Part shown: piece by piece, positions 38,453-47,524 of the stretch
Position numbering within the stretch: position 1 is the stretch's first letter
How the letters are laid out: each line of letters opens with the position of its first letter
Assembly (NCBI GenBank): GCA_965204375.1
Contig: OZ241986.1
Location: 1,056,001-1,120,000 of the forward strand
DNA length: 64,000 nucleotides
Source: Candidatus Latescibacterota bacterium
Lineage (GTDB): Bacteria > Latescibacterota > UBA2968
Direction: 5' to 3'
The notes under the pieces: generated by a model
What the model was told of the DNA's origin: nothing
Database searches by the model: none
Seen by the model: only the letters and a program-made list of their open reading frames with translations
Translations under genes and position numbers: made by a program

Positions 38453-39490
38453 CTAATCAACCAGAGGCAACCGAACGGTTCCGCCTCGCTCTGCCGAGCG
38501 GTGAACCGCTTCGGTAAATTCCATATATCTCATGCCTTCGTAAAAGCTGGTATCGCCCTGAGGCCCACCCTTGATGGCATTGATAAAATCGGCTTCGACA
38601 GTCCATTCGGCGGCTTCATCTTCGGGGATGGGAATTTGTTGCGGTCGTCGATCACCCGTTTTTGCGCCGAGGATTTGCGTTCCCATGTCGTAGATCAATG
38701 TGCCGTCACTGCCATAAGCTTCAACGACGGATTTTCCGCCAAATTGCGCGACGCCCGAAAATAGAAATGCCGCACGCGCACCATTTTCCATTTTGCCTAT
38801 GATGTGTGCCATATCAGGTGTTTCAACTGGTCCATTGCCAGACCCATCGGGTAGGGGGCGCTCTCTGGTAAAAATTTCAGTTTCAGCCGTTATGGTTGAC
38901 ATGTAGCCAAATACGCGCGCTACGCGCTCGACGGTAATGCCCATTCCCAGGATATTCAGACCCGAATACCGGCCCATTTGTCGCCAGTGCAGTGGCTCTT
39001 CGATATCCCAATAGCGCCCGCCCAGGTCGCGGACATAGACGTGGAAAATATCGCCCAAATACCCTTCGTCTATGAGCCGCTTCAAGAAACGTCCACCTTT
39101 CCACGGGGGTGCTGGACAAATTTGGGTTACGAGGTTGGATTCTCGACTTCTGGCATACATCAATCGGGCTTCTCGCAAGTTCATCGCCATGCGCGCCTGT
39201 ACAAATGTGTGTTTGCCCGCGTCTAAGGATGCGAGGACGAATTCACAGTGTTTGTACGGCCATGTGCCGATCATTACGGCGTCGATGTCGTCCCGGTGTA
39301 ACAGGGCCTGTGGATCGGTCATAGCGTCGGCTGATAAGCCCTGCTCGGCTATGACCTTTTCACCGCTTTCTATACTGCGGTTGCATATTGCCACGATTTC
39401 GGCATCGTCAATTTTTGCCAGTCCCGGAAAATGTCGGTTCCGGAAAATACCACCCGCACCAATAATGCCAATGCGAATTTTATCTGCCAT
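38453..39490 (-). CDS. Gfo/Idh/MocA family oxidoreductase (paralog 1)
   Basis: IGIIGAGG, DIDAVMIGTWP..H, GKH.FVQARMA. Confidence 0.9.
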   Translation of the reverse strand: MADKIRIGIIGAGGIFRNRHFPGLAKIDDAEIVAICNRSIESGEKVIAEQGLSADAMTDPQALLHRDDIDAVMIGTWPYKHCEFVLASLDAGKHTFVQARMAMNLREARLMYARSRESNLVTQICPAPPWKGGRFLKRLIDEGYLGDIFHVYVRDLGGRYWDIEEPLHWRQMGRYSGLNILGMGITVERVARVFGYMSTITAETEIFTRERPLPDGSGNGPVETPDMAHIIGKMENGARAAFLFSGVAQFGGKSVVEAYGSDGTLIYDMGTQILGAKTGDRRPQQIPIPEDEAAEWTVEADFINAIKGGPQGDTSFYEGMRYMEFTEAVHRSAERGGTVRLPLVD

Positions 39491-39666
39491 TTTTTACCTC
39501 ACTGTGTTGTCGTTGTTCTTATCTCCTATAGCGCATAATGTTCAAGGGTTGCAGAAACTGCAGCGCAAAAGCAAATGTATCACAGTTTTTGTCAATTAGC
39601 AAACGAATCGGTCACGGCTATTTGGGAAAGTAGGGTTGTGGATGTCTGAGGCGCTATTCACACTTT

Positions 39667-39825
39667 TCATCTCACTTCACCAATATGATCCGCCAGCCAT
39701 TCGACAAATTCATCGCCAGAGACATACCCTGACGCAAGCCCTAAAATGACTTGTTCCTGATCATCCTCAGAGGCATCAATCTCATACCCATTCAGGACCA
39801 ACATTACTTCCATCGCTGCATTGCC
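39667..39825 (-). pseudogene. C-terminal remnant of death-on-curing (Doc/Fic) toxin
   Basis: Manual translation GNAAMEVMLVLNGYEIDASEDDQEQVILGLASGYVSGDEFVEWLADHIGEVR*; HPFxDGNKR motif and N-terminus absent. Confidence 0.7.
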
Positions 39826-39881
39826 TCATGTCGTGAATCTCCGCTTTTGACCTCCCTGGGTCAAACCACCACCGCGAACAA

Positions 39882-40796
39882 TCATTTGATGCGGCCGAAG
39901 TCTCTCAACGCTTTCAAGTTGTCGACCGTGAACCTGGCTTGCCATTCCCTCCTAACTGTGGGCCACGTCTCTGGATACTGATCTCCCCACGAGAAATTCG
40001 GGTACCAGGAGCCGTCCTCGCCCTGCTGCGCGATTTCGAAGTCCAGATTCATCTCTATTTCTTTTTCGAGCCCCGCGGCCAGAGGTGATTCTGGCGAAGA
40101 AACCAGCCAGAGGGGTTTGAGATTATAGCCGGTCCACTGCGCTGCATCCCGGGCGACACCATGCGCCGCCACCCGGGCCAGTTTCTTCCAGATCCGATCC
40201 CTATTTGGCAGCGCTTCGGTCTCTGCCAGTCGCATGGCACAGAGGATGTCGTTCATGTCCATGTCGTCGGGCAGGGAATCCAGGTGCTCCAGAACGGCTG
40301 CGGTTGATGTTTTCAGCAATTGCGGCGGTACGCCATCGCTGTAGTCGTGTAGATATCCGACGATCTCAGCGCGCGGGTTGACCAGAAACTGCCCAAAAGT
40401 CTCCGCGGTGTTCTCGTAATTCCACCAGGGGGCGTGGGGTGCCTCATCCACTTCGAGTGGAACGATTGGCCAAACCTGCCTGGACTCGTCGTATGTGGCG
40501 ACGAAATACGCGATTCCCTTTCGCACCAGCGCGTGGCCCGCGGATGCCCGAATTTCCCTGAGGATCTGGAAGGCTATGGTGGTCGCAATCGCAGACGAAG
40601 CCGGTGTCCTGATGTCGGGTTCCAGACTGTGGCCAAACCCACCGTCGTCGTTCTGGTAAGATGCCAGGGCGGCCAGAACGGCATCGGCGGATCCGGCTTC
40701 AAAGTGATATTCAAAACGCCTTTGGTCCAACGCACTCCCCTGATCCAGAACGAAGGTCTTTGCTTTCTGAAATGCCGCTTGTGTGAGTCTTTTCAT
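39882..40796 (-). CDS. Prenyltransferase/squalene oxidase repeat-like hypothetical protein
   Basis: YQNDDGGFGHSLEPD, HAPWW, QGEDGSW motifs; GGAGG RBS. Confidence 0.72.
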   Translation of the reverse strand: MKRLTQAAFQKAKTFVLDQGSALDQRRFEYHFEAGSADAVLAALASYQNDDGGFGHSLEPDIRTPASSAIATTIAFQILREIRASAGHALVRKGIAYFVATYDESRQVWPIVPLEVDEAPHAPWWNYENTAETFGQFLVNPRAEIVGYLHDYSDGVPPQLLKTSTAAVLEHLDSLPDDMDMNDILCAMRLAETEALPNRDRIWKKLARVAAHGVARDAAQWTGYNLKPLWLVSSPESPLAAGLEKEIEMNLDFEIAQQGEDGSWYPNFSWGDQYPETWPTVRREWQARFTVDNLKALRDFGRIK

Positions 40797-40908
40797 TCTT
40801 GCCCTCCTCTCCTAAAGCGGGGAGAGATGGCCACTCCCCGTTGGGCTAACCAGTTCAAAGAATCCCCACCAAATAAACGATCCAGTGGGGATTGAAAATA
40901 AGGTCAGA

Positions 40909-41094
40909 TCACACCATTCGCTGCACTTCAATTACAGACGCTTGAGTAATGCGAAATGCTTTCATGAAGTCCCGGAAGCTGAGATCGAGTTGATGCTTGC
41001 TCAGGAGCCGAAACGTTTCCTCAAGCGCGCAGTTCCAGGCTTTGTCAAAATTACATAGGGTGTCGTCCAATTCGAAGAAGATCGCGCGAATCAT
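40909..41094 (-). pseudogene. Truncated HAD hydrolase N-terminal fragment
   Basis: MIRAIFFELDDTL (motif I with D to E change), only 61 aa. Confidence 0.6.
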
Positions 41095-41290
41095 GGGTCA
41101 AAATGCTCATGTTGGTTAACGTGTAAGGTTGCCAAATGGGGATGTGGTCTCGCCAGGCAAGATAATCGGTAGGGTTGTCGTCAGAAAATGAAATTATCCA
41201 CGCCCATTTTGGGATAGATGATGTTGGGGTAGGTGCGGCAACCTTTTTTTACGTCTGGTAGCCCTTTAGCGGCGAAGCCTTTAAAGGGAG

Positions 41291-41331
41291 ACCCTAAAAG
41301 GCGCACGATCAACCGTGTCTTTTTTTAGGGT
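41291..41331. terminator. Hairpin downstream of DUF402 gene
   Basis: ACCCTAAAAGGCGCACG...CGTGTCTTTTTTTAGGGT inverted repeat. Confidence 0.5.
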
Positions 41332-41336
41332 GTGGC

Positions 41337-41978
41337 TCAATCATACATAGATAAATCATTCCAATCCGCTTCCAATCTCGGGCGAGTCAGCGACGCATCG
41401 GGGCGCCACTGCTCCCAACCTTCTGAATACAGCCCGCCATTGTGCTCAATTTCTTCAACTGCGAGCTTCCCTTCTTCTCTGACAGCTTTGCCCTGTGCAG
41501 GTGTCATGCGCCCGAGTTCCACAGCAAGGTCGAGTTCATCTTGGTCCTTCCATCTCCAGTTGCGATCAGGTCCAATAACAATGTCCAATTGATGATCCGT
41601 AAAATCAAAGCCCAGATGCGTGCGCCGTAATTTACTTTGAAGGTTGACATACCAACCTTCAAACACGCGATCTGCCGACCATCGCACCCAGGTTGCACGA
41701 CAATTGTGCGGTCGAACGACGATCAGAAGTTCTGCCCATTGCCAAGTCGAATCCACCAATGCCCAGGATCCCTTGACCCAACGACGTGGTGTGCCCGGAA
41801 TATGGTTCAGCAGTACCGGCCTCTTCGTTGGTGTTCCCAACGGGAGCCAAAGAACAACTTGTGCATCTGAATCTTCAATAACGGTGACGGGCTTTACGTC
41901 GACAACTTGACCGTGTTCGTCAAGCTCGCGATAGAGAATGGATTGGCCGTAGCAAAACTCAGACGGTATATCTTTCAT
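41337..41978 (-). CDS. DUF402 domain protein
   Basis: GWYVNL, DHQLDIVI.PD..W.WKD.DEL motif; start uncertain. Confidence 0.8.
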   Translation of the reverse strand: MKDIPSEFCYGQSILYRELDEHGQVVDVKPVTVIEDSDAQVVLWLPLGTPTKRPVLLNHIPGTPRRWVKGSWALVDSTWQWAELLIVVRPHNCRATWVRWSADRVFEGWYVNLQSKLRRTHLGFDFTDHQLDIVIGPDRNWRWKDQDELDLAVELGRMTPAQGKAVREEGKLAVEEIEHNGGLYSEGWEQWRPDASLTRPRLEADWNDLSMYD

Positions 41979-42403
41979 AGGGAACAAGGTTGACGCCACT
42001 CCTCCTGTGGACAAAGATCGAGCTCTCGCCATATTCGCCATGACGAAAGATGGGCTCGAATCCATAGGAGAGAAAGTTGCGGGATGAAAAGTCGTGGAAG
42101 TCCGTGCCTCCATACGTCCTTTCTGCCCAATTCTCCAGATCCATCCGCGCCGAAATTGTCCCAGCGCTCGCCACGTCCCGTGAAGTCAACGACCATGCTA
42201 TTTCCGTTGGCGATCACTTTAAATGTCGCCGTACTCGCCTTCAGAGATGCTTTCAGCCAATCGATCTGGCCCTGGCCGAACATGGTCTTGCGGTCTTCTG
42301 CTTCGTTCGGATCTCGAGGGAAATAAACGTATCCGTCGCGTTCCATCGCCTCGATCTGCTGTTCCAGGTTTGGGTATGCGACAAGCGCTAATGTATTGGC
42401 CAT
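41959..42403 (-). pseudogene. Mosaic of gene fragments (PhyH N-terminus + PhoD internal piece + unrelated C-terminus)
   Basis: AMERDGYVYFP, then KTMFGQGQIDWLKASLKASTATFKVIA...ERWDNF, then another-frame C-terminal piece ending at 41959. Confidence 0.6.
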
Positions 42404-42481
42404 AAATTTTACCTCAAGCCCTGGGGCAAACTTTTCAAAAGAAGATTAGGAAAATACCTGAATAGATGCGTCTGCCACCCC

Positions 42482-42800
42482 TCATACAAATAGACTCTGC
42501 GAATAACGGTATGCGATGCAGCTGGTACCCCACTCTTTATGAGCCACATCCATGAGCGTATATGCTGTGGTCACAATGGTACCATCTTCAAAACATACGG
42601 TACTGGGATACCCGCAGTCCGAATGGTAGGCCGTGTCGCTGATGATGTATTCGCGATTTATATCAAAGGTGTTTCCTCCATCGTGACTCACAACAGCGCG
42701 AACTCCGAAGGGATATGCGCGGTATCCATATGTAACGCGTGCCCGTAGCAATAACGGGGACTTCTTCCATGTGATCGACCAAAGAGACGACCTCAAACAT
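42482..42800 (-). pseudogene. BNR/sialidase family gene with large internal deletion
   Basis: N-terminus MFEVVSLVDH overlapping upstream stop, joined out of frame to TYGYR, Asp-box SHDGGNTF, DCGYPST. Confidence 0.7.
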
Positions 42801-43794
42801 CGTCTTTCTCCTGCGCCTGGTTCGGTGCCTCTTCCCATGGTGCACGCAACGTCGGCCTCTCGGTCAGGAACTCCAGTCCCGCGCGCAACGCCCCATCCGC
42901 GTTGAACCACGCGTGGAAGCCCTGCCCATCGATACCGTTGCCGTCATAGCGGTCGCGACGGGTAGAAATCGCCTTGCCTTCTCGCATGCCCCAGCCCATC
43001 CACCCGTGGCCCGATTCTTCCATCATCTGGATGGTCCAGCGGGCACAATCTGCGCGCTTTGCATCGTCAAGGCAGCCGGGAATGGTCTCGTTGGAGAGCA
43101 TTGGCTTTTTATGACGCTGCTGAACTGCGGCACATACTGCCAACATCTCGCGCTGTTGCTCGGGCGTGCGCCCGTAGGGGTGACAGCACAGCACGTCGCA
43201 GAGTGGCGCGAGTCGGTCCATCTGCTCCTCAATTTGAAGCACGCCAATGGTGATTGGCTGCTGCGCTCCGCACGCGCGCACCGTCTCAGCTACCCGCTCC
43301 AGCCACTCGATTTCTTTGGCGTTGGAATCGGCATCCAGACGCGGGTATTGGGGTTCATTGCAGAGGTCCCAGACGAGGACGCGCTCGTCATTGGCAAGGG
43401 GCGCGACCAGATCGCGAACATAGTCCAGCTTCGGACTCCAATTTCGGTGCAGATCCTCGATATAGGTCCCGCCGTAGTCGTAGTCGCGGCTGTGCCACCG
43501 GTTGAACAGGCATGGCATGGTCCGCATGCCAAGTTCATCAATGGCCGCCACAGCATCCATGAACGACGCGTGGACAGCGTCCGGGTCTGCCATCCATGCT
43601 GTGAACTCGATCCACAGGCGGATGCAATTGGCGTGCGTCTGGTTTGCAAGTGCGACTTCTTCGCGGAATCGGTCCGGGCTATAGTCCCACCAGGCCTGCT
43701 CGATGCGGGCACCCCAGGAGGGTACGATATTGAATCCGCGGAGCCAGGCGTAGTCCTGGTAGTGATGGAGCTTCACATTTGCTGGTTCTGCCAT
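42793..43794 (-). CDS. Glycoside hydrolase, GH5/clan GH-A-like
   Basis: RGFN, NCIRLW, WDLCNEP acid/base, HPY, SNE nucleophile region. Confidence 0.75.
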   Translation of the reverse strand: MAEPANVKLHHYQDYAWLRGFNIVPSWGARIEQAWWDYSPDRFREEVALANQTHANCIRLWIEFTAWMADPDAVHASFMDAVAAIDELGMRTMPCLFNRWHSRDYDYGGTYIEDLHRNWSPKLDYVRDLVAPLANDERVLVWDLCNEPQYPRLDADSNAKEIEWLERVAETVRACGAQQPITIGVLQIEEQMDRLAPLCDVLCCHPYGRTPEQQREMLAVCAAVQQRHKKPMLSNETIPGCLDDAKRADCARWTIQMMEESGHGWMGWGMREGKAISTRRDRYDGNGIDGQGFHAWFNADGALRAGLEFLTERPTLRAPWEEAPNQAQEKDDV

Positions 43795-43814
43795 TGTCTC
43801 TATCCTTAAAGCCC

Positions 43815-45125
43815 TTAATCATTCCTGTTTTCGCTTTTCGCCAAACTGGCACAAACCAGTTCTTTATCATTTCGGGCGAACACATGTTTATAGGCAAACG
43901 CAGGATGCGCCCATGTGACACCACCTCTGCGGTTCAACTGGTCGCGCGTCGGTTCGATCAATTTTGCGCGACTGATGATATTCAGTCCGTCCGGCGAAAG
44001 CGTTGTAATCAGGAGTTCGCCGCGCTCATTGAACATCCAGACCTTATCGCCATTTTTGATAAAATGGATGTTGCTCCAGCGCGCTTTCGGAACCGCGGTG
44101 AGGTCTTCCCAAATCCGATCGCCGTTGCGGGCGTCGAGACAGCGGAGTTCCCCATAGCTATCCACACCGTAAATGTAATCGCCGAGTCGGATCGGGGTTG
44201 ACATCGTGGAATGGAGCGCGTCTGTGTTCCGTTCATTTCTTCCCTTACGGTGCCAACCGAATTGCATCATCGGCTTATCTGGATTCAGTTTCAGCAGCAG
44301 CGAGCCTTCAAAGAAATCAGTGATAAACAACTCATTTTGAGAAAAAACGGGACTTGCGATCCCGATCTCCATACGAGTCGGTGGAAACGGATGGAGCCAA
44401 TGCGTACTGCCTGTCTGCGGGTTGAGCCCAGCGATATTTCTCCCTGTCCAACAGACGAGCACCCGCTCGCCACCCTGTGTAATCACAATTGGAGCTGAGT
44501 AAGATGCGTTGTCTTCAAGGGCTTTCCATTTTTCGGCTCCGGTTTCGCGATCGAAAGCGACGATGCATGCTCCGGGCGTGCCGCCGATTTGTACGATGAG
44601 GTGTGAACCCTCGACAATCGGCGCGCTCGCAATCCCCCAGGTTGGCATCTCAATATTGTATTCGGTGTTGAGGTCTTTTTTCCACTTCAACGTGCCGGTT
44701 GCGGCATCGAAACAGTGGAGATGCCCCATCGCTCCTAAGGCGTAAGCGAGTCCGTCATGAATGATAACATTGGCTCGAGGCCCGGCGGTATAGTCAATTC
44801 GGTATTCACACTCGTAGGTGAAAGACCAAATCGATTCACCTGTTTCCCAGTCGAAACAGTGAACCCGTTCGACCTGTTTCGGTTTCGCGAGACGGTCAGT
44901 AACGTAAACGCGCCCGTCAGCGACACTCGGGCCGCTATAGCCGCTGCCGATTGGCACTCGCCAACGAATCGGGATCTCCGGTCCGTCAAATGCCTCCAAT
45001 ATCCCGGTTTCGCTCCAAACACCGTCCCGGTGCGGTCCCCGCCACTGCGGCCATTCATCGGCCAATATCGAAGAGGTGGGGAAAAGTAAAGCGAGCAGCA
45101 TTAGTTTCAATAGGATTCGGTTCAT
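43815..45125 (-). CDS. Secreted PQQ-like beta-propeller repeat protein
   Basis: Signal peptide, WPQWRGP.RDG, repeated CFD..TG...W motifs. Confidence 0.88.
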   Translation of the reverse strand: MNRILLKLMLLALLFPTSSILADEWPQWRGPHRDGVWSETGILEAFDGPEIPIRWRVPIGSGYSGPSVADGRVYVTDRLAKPKQVERVHCFDWETGESIWSFTYECEYRIDYTAGPRANVIIHDGLAYALGAMGHLHCFDAATGTLKWKKDLNTEYNIEMPTWGIASAPIVEGSHLIVQIGGTPGACIVAFDRETGAEKWKALEDNASYSAPIVITQGGERVLVCWTGRNIAGLNPQTGSTHWLHPFPPTRMEIGIASPVFSQNELFITDFFEGSLLLKLNPDKPMMQFGWHRKGRNERNTDALHSTMSTPIRLGDYIYGVDSYGELRCLDARNGDRIWEDLTAVPKARWSNIHFIKNGDKVWMFNERGELLITTLSPDGLNIISRAKLIEPTRDQLNRRGGVTWAHPAFAYKHVFARNDKELVCASLAKSENRND

Positions 45126-45153
45126 GGTTAATCATGTCCTTTTCATCGCCATC

Positions 45154-46614
45154 TCACGGTTTTTGCACGACAAATTCTGGCCGTGGAATCATGCGTTCCG
45201 GATTTCGTTCGTAGCCTCGTTTCCACAACTCCTTCACAAGCCTGCCACTTTTAGCCAGTTCTTCGCGAAGCGCCTGCTGGTCCGCCTTTGCCCGCTGATC
45301 AATCGCTTCCGGGCAGCACACCTGGTATAGAATTCGCCGAAGCCGAGCCAGTTTCTGAGACGCATCGGGACGCTCCGCAAGATCTTGCATCTCCAAAGGA
45401 TCCTCTGCAAGGTCAAACAACATCGGTCGTTCCCCAACGCACACCACATATTTATCTGAACCCGATCGAAGAGCAAAAGCGCTTCCCGGAAGGCCCGGCC
45501 CATGAAATTCACTGATGGCGAATTCGGGAAGCGCCGCACCCGGCTCGCCCCTCAAGGATCCCAGCAGGGATGTTCCCCGCATGTGTGTTGGCGAAAGCAG
45601 TTCCAGGGCTTCCGAGAATGTTTGGAAAAGATCGAAATGTGAAACAGGTGCAGGCTCGGACCCGCCTGGCTCTATGCCGGGTCCAGCCACGATCATGGGT
45701 ACGCGAATTGAATCCTCATACATCGATCCCATTCCGGAATTGTGATGTGCCCCCATGCTGCCACCGTGATCCGAAGCATAGGCGACCAGCGTCGAATCCC
45801 AGAGATTCTCGGTGTCTATGGCTTTGAGCACGCGCCCCACGTTGCGATCTGCCATCTCACAGATGCCGTGGTAGCCTACCAGACCACGGCGCAACTCCTC
45901 GGGTGTGCAAAGATCGCTGCACGTGTAACGAACAAAATCCCGGTGGAAGGGGTGCAGTCGAGAAACGGGTTCCGAATAGCGCTCGTCCAGGTCTTCGGTT
46001 CGCACCAGCGGATCGTAGTAATCCCATAGCTCCTGCGGCGGATTCCATCCGGGATGGGGCTGTTTGATATTCACAATCAGGACCCAGGGGCGATCTTGTG
46101 GGCGTTCATTCATCAGCCACTGTACCGCTTCTTTTGCGACCTGCGCGTCGTGCTGGTGTTCCCCGCTCCCACTTGCAGGACCCGCTTCTCGCAATCGATG
46201 CAGGTGATGGTACCGGGGTTGCACACGGCCCTCTTCGAACAGCGTGTGTATGTCCAGACTCTCCCGTGTCTTCGCCAGGCGAATGTCTTCCACGCCAGCA
46301 TCACTGCCCGGTTTGTAATCGAGCTTGCCAATGGTCGTAAGCAGGACGCCATTTTCCGCAAAGTAATGCCCCCAGCCTCTGGGCACTCCTGAATAGGGAA
46401 ACGCATTGTCCCAAGCGGAGATCTCGTGAACATACCGTCCCGCCATCATCGCTCCCCGCGAAGGCGCGCATAGAGGACTCGGGCAATAGGCACTGTCGAA
46501 TTTCTTTCCTCGCCTGGCGAGCACATCGATGTGCGGCGTACGGGTAATGGAATTACCGTAACAACCAGAAAACTCGGGGTTGTGTCGATCGGTCATGATA
46601 TAAACAACATTCAT
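45154..46614 (-). CDS. Sulfatase (choline sulfatase-like)
   Basis: NVVYIMTD, CAPSR FGly motif, GK, SDHG, RVPMI, LFDLAEDPLE; GAGGTG RBS before ATG 46614. Confidence 0.9.
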   Translation of the reverse strand: MNVVYIMTDRHNPEFSGCYGNSITRTPHIDVLARRGKKFDSAYCPSPLCAPSRGAMMAGRYVHEISAWDNAFPYSGVPRGWGHYFAENGVLLTTIGKLDYKPGSDAGVEDIRLAKTRESLDIHTLFEEGRVQPRYHHLHRLREAGPASGSGEHQHDAQVAKEAVQWLMNERPQDRPWVLIVNIKQPHPGWNPPQELWDYYDPLVRTEDLDERYSEPVSRLHPFHRDFVRYTCSDLCTPEELRRGLVGYHGICEMADRNVGRVLKAIDTENLWDSTLVAYASDHGGSMGAHHNSGMGSMYEDSIRVPMIVAGPGIEPGGSEPAPVSHFDLFQTFSEALELLSPTHMRGTSLLGSLRGEPGAALPEFAISEFHGPGLPGSAFALRSGSDKYVVCVGERPMLFDLAEDPLEMQDLAERPDASQKLARLRRILYQVCCPEAIDQRAKADQQALREELAKSGRLVKELWKRGYERNPERMIPRPEFVVQKP

Positions 46615-46669
46615 CGAAGTCACCTCGGTGCGAGTTGGCAGCATCTTAAGCCTTTGGAACATATCACAG

Positions 46670-47524
46670 CTAATCGTTATATGCCACAGCTTCGGGGAAG
46701 GTCTCGTGAAGGTGGTCGAGAACCATATCGATCTTACACCTGCACAAAGTGCTGGGATAGGGCATCTCGCCGGTCCGCCGAAAAGATGCCCCGTTCTTTG
46801 CGTGAAAATCACCCCGCCGGTCCATGAACTGCCCCCAACGTCCCATCGTGTATCGCATCTCTGTCCTTTTTTCAGCGCTCTGAATCCAGGCTTCGGGAAA
46901 CAGCATTTGAAACCGGGGTGCCGAATTCAACCAGCTGCCGCATTGAACCACTTTTACTTCCGGTCGACGTACTTGCGAATCTCTGAGCAGCCTGATTAGC
47001 GATGCCGCAAACTGCATGTGCATATCGCTGAGGGGAGATTTTGGCTGATAGACATTGGCAATATGAAGGCTCAACGCATTCTCGTGTTTGTAGTCGTAAT
47101 TCCAGCATTCGTGTGAACGATCGCCAGGCCCGGGCTGTTCATTACCCAACTTGCGAATGCGCGCTTCCATAAGTGGCCAGAGGATCGCAAGTCCTCTGGT
47201 CTCCACGGATTCACTCTCATTACTATACTTGTCGAAGATTTCTCCCAACTTTTCTACAATGACGTTCCATTCGAGATCTTCGTCTCCCGCTGCCGGATGG
47301 TGGTTGCCGTCGTAGAGTGAGGTGTTCCGGTACAGATTGACTCGCACGTTAACGGTATCTTCCAGATCTCCAGGGTTTTCCTGTAGCCGTTTGTTCGCGT
47401 ACCAAAGGCTCAACCGGGTGAATTCCCGAACATAATGCACGCGAATCGGATCCAGATCGGACATTGATTCTACCCCCGTTGTTCGTATTGCGTTAATCTT
47501 TTCCTCTGTCGGATTTTGTGCCAA
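46670..47524 (-). CDS. Hypothetical protein
   Basis: Long ORF in operon; CGSWLN, WGQF..R.G motifs; no family recognised. Confidence 0.7.
   Translation of the reverse strand: MAQNPTEEKINAIRTTGVESMSDLDPIRVHYVREFTRLSLWYANKRLQENPGDLEDTVNVRVNLYRNTSLYDGNHHPAAGDEDLEWNVIVEKLGEIFDKYSNESESVETRGLAILWPLMEARIRKLGNEQPGPGDRSHECWNYDYKHENALSLHIANVYQPKSPLSDMHMQFAASLIRLLRDSQVRRPEVKVVQCGSWLNSAPRFQMLFPEAWIQSAEKRTEMRYTMGRWGQFMDRRGDFHAKNGASFRRTGEMPYPSTLCRCKIDMVLDHLHETFPEAVAYND

Noticed and set aside
39491-39666. Cobalamin riboswitch upstream of the corrinoid cluster
   Set aside because: No B12-box or conserved core visible here, and other spacers in the cluster are too short
40805-40895. GCCCAAC plus hairpin resembling an attC site
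   Set aside because: Too short and lacks a proper GTTRRRY end; more likely ordinary hairpins
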